Source: Candidatus Falkowbacteria bacterium (GTDB lineage Bacteria; Patescibacteriota; Patescibacteriia; XYB2-FULL-38-15). From it: a DNA stretch of 64,000 nucleotides. Below, in pieces: positions 59,528 through 64,000 of this stretch. The position numbers and the translations under genes are program-made. The notes beneath the pieces are model-generated. The model had not been told where the DNA came from, did no database searches, and saw nothing but the letters and a program-made list of their open reading frames with translations. The stretch lies in NCBI GenBank assembly GCA_016214745.1, contig JACRNW010000001.1, forward strand, positions 67,150 through 131,149, in the 5' to 3' direction. Each line of letters opens with the position of its first letter. Within the stretch, counting starts at the first letter, position 1.

Positions 59528-62032
59528 TTAAATTCCGTATTTTTTTCTTTCTCTTTGTTCAACGGATTTTATTATCGGCTCAAGTTCTTCTCTGGCCTTC
59601 GCTTCTAACTCCCCCCTGCTCTTTCCTTTATAATCCGGACTTTCTCCAAACTTTTTTACCAACTCGGAAAAAATTCTTCTTCGCTCGTCCGCCAAGGTTT
59701 GCCTGATTATCCGTTCAGTCTCTCTTTTTTTGGCCTCTTCGGGTGTTCTTAATTTTTCTACGGACGGTGCGGCAACCTTAACTTCTTTTTTTGCCGGAGG
59801 TATGATCTCCTCTTTTTTCTCCGCCGATTTTGGGGGTAAAATTATTTCATCCGGCTCAAAAAATCCAAAATAAAATTCTCCACCGCCGTATTTTTGCACG
59901 TCTCTTCCGCCCGGCTTTTTCAAAGTAAGATAAAGTTTCTGGCCGGCTTCAAAATTTTTAGGGACGCTGCGAACAATAACTTTTTTATTATCTGGCGTTA
60001 TAGCCCCCCAATCTCCCTGGGGCGATTTTTCGACAGCCACCCTTATCCGCCGCGGCTCATTATCCAAAAACTTTTTTAATTCCGTTTCGGACCCAGGTTT
60101 AAAATCCGGCGCTAATCTGCCCAATAAATCTCCCAGCGTAACCGTCAATTTTTCCCCGCCCGCTAATTTCAAAAAGAGACTCTTGCGGATTAATCTTCCT
60201 TGCGGCAAACCGGCAAAAATTTTTTCGTCAAGGGTTCCTTTATTTAGGGCTACAAAAAAATTACGATTTTCCGGCGTATAACGAATTACTCCGTCATAGC
60301 CAAGACTCGCCGCGGCCCATTGGCCTTCGCCGCCGATTTTATTTTGCGTATCTACTAAAAATTTCTTGCCGTCTTTAGTGACGACAAACCAATTTTTAGC
60401 TATCAAATCACTGACATCTTCCATCGTTTGCTCTATTACCTTGCGCCGTTCGGCCACATGGTCAACAACTTCTCCGTCTTTCTTTTTATAAATTAAACCA
60501 AATCTTCTCAGGTCTTTTTCATCCAAAATATCCGTAACATCCTTGCCTGATTCGGCAAAACGCAGAAGGGTATCCAAGGTCACAAAAGGAGACTTTAAAA
60601 ATCCCAACATCATCCGGTCGGAGTCTTCAAAATATTTTTCCATATCCGGAAAGCTGAAGTTATCCGACTGCGTTACCCATTCTACGACTTTTTCATATTT
60701 TTCTTGTTCTTTTTCATCTTTAAATTTTAGCAAACCCAACTCCGTTAAAACATTATAAACATTTTTCATAGCCGAAGTGCCACGATCCGAATATGGACCG
60801 TGGTGGTCCATAACCGTAGTAATCTCACTTTTTCGCTCCCCAGTTTTGGGATCTACGGTCTCAGTAGACTCAACCACCAAACCATCTTCATTGCCAGAAT
60901 CAATCGTAACCTGACCCTGCATTTTTTCTCCCGGTGTAAGAAAACCTACTTTACTGATGTCTAATCCTGCCTTTCCCAAAAGCGCAACGGCACATTTACC
61001 ATCCAAATCGGAGTAACGCAGTAAACCTATTTGCTTTTTCTCCTTATCGTATCCAAATCTGCCATGGGTAAACAATTCCCGTGTAGCTAAAAATTTTTTG
61101 GCTGATTCGGCGACCAATTCCCTCTCCGCTCTTTCCCTCGCCTCTTCCGGCTCAATTTTTTCTTTGGCTAAAATTTCTGCCGTTCTTTTTTCCGCGTCTT
61201 CCTCTTTAATTCCCTCCCCGAGAATACTCCTAAATTCTTCCATCTGCACCTTCTGCAATCTTTCTAAGATTGGTTTGCCTTCGCCGTAAGGAAGGCTTAA
61301 AAAGTATTCCCCGAGTCCCAAAACCATTTTATCAATTTCTTCATCGCTAAATTTTTCCGGTGATTTTTTCCGGATTATCTCGTCTAAAAGTTTTTTATGC
61401 GCTTCCTTTTCTTCCGATGAAAATGAAGAAAGAAAATACTGAATATTTTTTTTGGTCAATTCACCAAGCGCGTATTCTCTTAAAATTTTTCTATACCATT
61501 CTTCCGCTGTTTGCTCTGATTTCGCACCAGTCGAGATAGTAATTCCCGGCCTTCTTACAACCTCCACATTTTTTTTCTCATCAACCCATCGCCCTTCTTT
61601 CGGTTCTCTAATTCTTTGAGTCGTAGTTCTTGTACGGGCTATTTTTGCCGGTTCTTGTTTAAGATCTGCTATATCCGCTTTTACCTCCCCCTCTCGAATA
61701 GCTTCAGCGAGTCTTTGATAAGCTTCGTATTCCTCCGCCGAAGGGAAAGTTTTTAAAAAATTAACCAGGGCTTCTTTACTTAGAATACCCTGGTCATATT
61801 TAGTTCGCAAATTAGAATATGTGGCCATTTTTTTGGCCTCTTTTTGTCTTTTCTCTTCTTCCCATTTTTCACCGCCCGCCTCTGCCAATCCCCCTTTCCA
61901 ATCTCTCGATTTTTGGGGGGATTTTTCTGACTTTTTTTCTTCTCGTTCAGCCGCTCGCCTTTCTGCGTCAAGATGAACCAATTTTCCAGATTCGGTTTCT
62001 TCTGCGGCATCTCTTCTGCGAGATTTAGCCAT
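59528..62032 (-). CDS. Large charged protein with a central DHH-phosphoesterase-like domain
   Basis: SDLDG, TIDSG and VMDHHG motifs in DHH order; K/E-rich flanks. Confidence 0.6.
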   Translation of the reverse strand: MAKSRRRDAAEETESGKLVHLDAERRAAEREEKKSEKSPQKSRDWKGGLAEAGGEKWEEEKRQKEAKKMATYSNLRTKYDQGILSKEALVNFLKTFPSAEEYEAYQRLAEAIREGEVKADIADLKQEPAKIARTRTTTQRIREPKEGRWVDEKKNVEVVRRPGITISTGAKSEQTAEEWYRKILREYALGELTKKNIQYFLSSFSSEEKEAHKKLLDEIIRKKSPEKFSDEEIDKMVLGLGEYFLSLPYGEGKPILERLQKVQMEEFRSILGEGIKEEDAEKRTAEILAKEKIEPEEARERAERELVAESAKKFLATRELFTHGRFGYDKEKKQIGLLRYSDLDGKCAVALLGKAGLDISKVGFLTPGEKMQGQVTIDSGNEDGLVVESTETVDPKTGERKSEITTVMDHHGPYSDRGTSAMKNVYNVLTELGLLKFKDEKEQEKYEKVVEWVTQSDNFSFPDMEKYFEDSDRMMLGFLKSPFVTLDTLLRFAESGKDVTDILDEKDLRRFGLIYKKKDGEVVDHVAERRKVIEQTMEDVSDLIAKNWFVVTKDGKKFLVDTQNKIGGEGQWAAASLGYDGVIRYTPENRNFFVALNKGTLDEKIFAGLPQGRLIRKSLFLKLAGGEKLTVTLGDLLGRLAPDFKPGSETELKKFLDNEPRRIRVAVEKSPQGDWGAITPDNKKVIVRSVPKNFEAGQKLYLTLKKPGGRDVQKYGGGEFYFGFFEPDEIILPPKSAEKKEEIIPPAKKEVKVAAPSVEKLRTPEEAKKRETERIIRQTLADERRRIFSELVKKFGESPDYKGKSRGELEAKAREELEPIIKSVEQRERKKYGI

Positions 62033-62048
62033 ATCTTTAAAAATTTAA

Positions 62049-62071
62049 TGGCGGGTCCGAAGGGATTTGAA
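62049..62071 (-). repeat. Duplicate of the tRNA-Asp 3' end including CCA (att-like)
   Basis: Minus strand ttcaaatcccttcggacccg-cca, matching 62180..62199. Confidence 0.85.
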
Positions 62072-62179
62072 GACTCCTCGGTGCAATCCTCGGCGCCGCA
62101 AAAAGGATTTAAGGGAGAGTATTCTCTCCAATCTGCTCAATTTGACAAACCAATCGCAAAAGCGATTGCTTTGTCAAAA

Positions 62180-62255
62180 CGGGTCCGAAGGGATTTGAAC
62201 CCTCGATCTTCTCCGTGACAGGGAGACGTGTTAGACCGGGCTACACCACGGACCC
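62180..62255 (-). tRNA. tRNA-Asp (GTC), no encoded CCA
   Basis: GGGTCCG/CGGACCC acceptor stem, TCTCC-CTGTCAC-GGAGA anticodon arm, GAGGG-TTCAAAT-CCCTT T arm. Confidence 0.95.
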
Positions 62256-62341
62256 ATCTTTATATAAAAAATCAAAAATAAAATATTCTTGATTTATATA
62301 ACTTTACCAGTAAAAATTTTATCTGTCAATGTTTTTTTGAT

Positions 62342-62390
62342 ATAAAATGACCCCGGCCTTGGAGCATCTTTGCTCTTCCAGCTCGGGGTC
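62342..62390 (-). terminator. Long hairpin ending the small GC-rich gene
   Basis: gaccccgagctggaagagc-aaagat-gctccaaggccggggtc-attttat. Confidence 0.6.
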
Positions 62391-62431
62391 TGGCAGCTAA
62401 ACTGCCGATATCTATGTTCTTCCGCCCTGGA

Positions 62432-62638
62432 CTAGGCGGCTCGTCTTGCCGCAGCGCGGTTGACGTACTGCCGTCCCCGACGCCTCCTTCGGGGCTCCTG
62501 CTTCATGTCCGCGTGGAGGCCGTTGTTCACGACCGCCTCCATGAGCCTCAACGCCCGCCGTTGACGCTTGCAGAAATGCTCCTCCACGATGTTCCCCTCG
62601 TTGTCCCGTACCGTCACCTTCCACTGCGGTCTCGCCAT
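62432..62638 (-). CDS. GC-rich small basic protein (68 aa, Arg-rich C-terminus)
   Basis: ATG at 62638 after AAGGAGATCGAGGA; own promoter TTGACG-17-TAAGAT (62750..62722) and own terminator. Confidence 0.6.
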   Translation of the reverse strand: MARPQWKVTVRDNEGNIVEEHFCKRQRRALRLMEAVVNNGLHADMKQEPRRRRRGRQYVNRAAARRAA

Positions 62639-62757
62639 TCCTCGATCTCCTTTGGCCTTCCCTCGGCCGGTTTGGGCCCACCCCTCGTGAATGAGCCATA
62701 AACAAAAAGCGACCAATTTCAATCTTAACGTAATATTTGGTCGCCGTCAAGTCTATT

Positions 62758-64000
62758 TTATTTGCTTTTCTTTAATTTTTTCTCTGCCTCTAAAACTCTT
62801 AAAGTCGTCTTCAAAACTGAATCCGGATTTAGAGAAATACTGTCAATTTTATTTTTTACCAAAAATTCCGCAAAGTCGGGAAAATCGGACGGCGCCTGAC
62901 CGCAGATGCCGATCTTTACCTTTTTCTGACGGGCAGTTCTTATAACAGCCTTGATCGCCCGCTTCACGGCTTCATTACGTTCATCAAAAAGACGGCTGAC
63001 CAAACCAGAATCGCGATCCACGCCCAAAATCAGCTGAGTTAAGTCGTTTGAACCGATGCTAAAGCCATCAAAAATTTCGGAAAATTTATCCGCCAAAATT
63101 ACGTTGGACGGTATTTCCACCATCATATAAATTTTTAATGATTTTAATTTCGGTGATTTGCCCAAGCCCGATTCTCTAATCATGGAAACTACTCTTTTGC
63201 CTTCCGGAACCGTGCGGCAAAACGGCACCATCACAATAAGATTATCCAGACCAAAAACTTTGCGAACTTTTTTTATTGCTTCGCATTCCAGAGCGAAAGC
63301 TTTCTCATAATTTTTATCATAATAGCGGGAAGCGCCGCGCCAGCCGAGCATAGGATTCGCTTCTTCGGGCTCAAATCCCGCGCCGCCAATAAGACCGGCG
63401 TATTCATTTGATTTAAAATCTGAAAAACGGACAATCACGGGCTTTGGATAAAAGGCGGCGGCAATTCTTCCCACGCCTTCCGCTAATTTATCCACAAAAA
63501 TTTTGTCTTGTCTTTATACCCGTATGTTAATTTTTCAATTTGATTTTTAACTTTCAACTTTAAATTTTTATTTTTCAATAATGCGAGCGGGTGAATTTTT
63601 ATATAGTTGGAAATAATAAATTCTTCGCGAGCCAAGCCAACTCCATCGTTCGGGATGAATGAAAAATCAAACGCCTGTTCCGGTTCACCAACATTCATCA
63701 TAATTTTCGTTTTCGGCCGCTCTATTTTTTCCAAATTAATTCTTTTAATTTTTACCGGCAGAAGACCGCGATAAATTTTTCCTTCTTCGCCTTCGGCGCA
63801 ACTTACCGTAACTCCTTCGCCATTTTTTAAAATTTTCCGCGCTCCGACCGCTCCAACGACGCAGGGGATTCCGAGTTCTCTTGAAACTATCGCGGCGTGG
63901 CAGGTTCGGCCGCCTGATTCAGTAATGACGGCGCTTGCTTTTTTCATAATCGGCACCCAATCCGGATCAGTCATTTCCGCGACCAAAACCTCGCCGTCTC
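62758..64000 (-). CDS. ppsA: Phosphoenolpyruvate synthase, 3' part, with an apparent frameshift near 63497
   Basis: [23 protein letters not shown] (phospho-His), [44 protein letters not shown]; one T missing in a T5 run. Confidence 0.9.

Noticed and set aside
63483-63505. ppsA as a true pseudogene or recoding site
   Set aside because: A single missing T in a homopolymer with both halves otherwise intact; a sequencing error cannot be excluded without reads.

Overview
This window looks like chromosome from a Patescibacteria (CPR, Parcubacteria-like) genome. That is an inference from the AT-rich intergenic DNA, native genes without Shine-Dalgarno (SD) sites, and paralogous surface proteins sharing a 'GDLIK..S.VYYY..DGKR.VFP' domain. 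Left to right it holds: a glycosyltransferase/nucleotide-sugar cluster; an S8 peptidase; a ~21 kb array of six large S-layer-like proteins next to an ECF sigma/anti-sigma pair; a four-helix-bundle gene; a REP-associated tyrosine transposase with six REPs; a second glycosylation cluster; infC-rpmI-rplT; tmRNA and smpB; membrane proteins; tRNA-Asp; and a frameshifted ppsA. The most striking signal is six separate GC-rich units (seven genes; about 65-70% GC by eye against about 40% background). They encode myxobacterial-style products: Cys-rich lipoproteins, a Hanks kinase, and an RRM-TM-collagen protein. Each unit is built the same way: a native-type AT-rich TTGACA-16/17-TAnnnT promoter, often a boxA-like motif, a purine-rich SD that native genes lack, and a long 3' hairpin with a U-tract. 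They appear transcribed by this organism but written for another organism's ribosome (hypothesis). Other signals are a MITE family that inserts at TATG start codons, 7-bp-periodic inverted arrays, and duplicated tmRNA/tRNA 3' ends. Four apparent frameshifts sit at two identical repeats of exactly 141 bp and are probably assembly artefacts.
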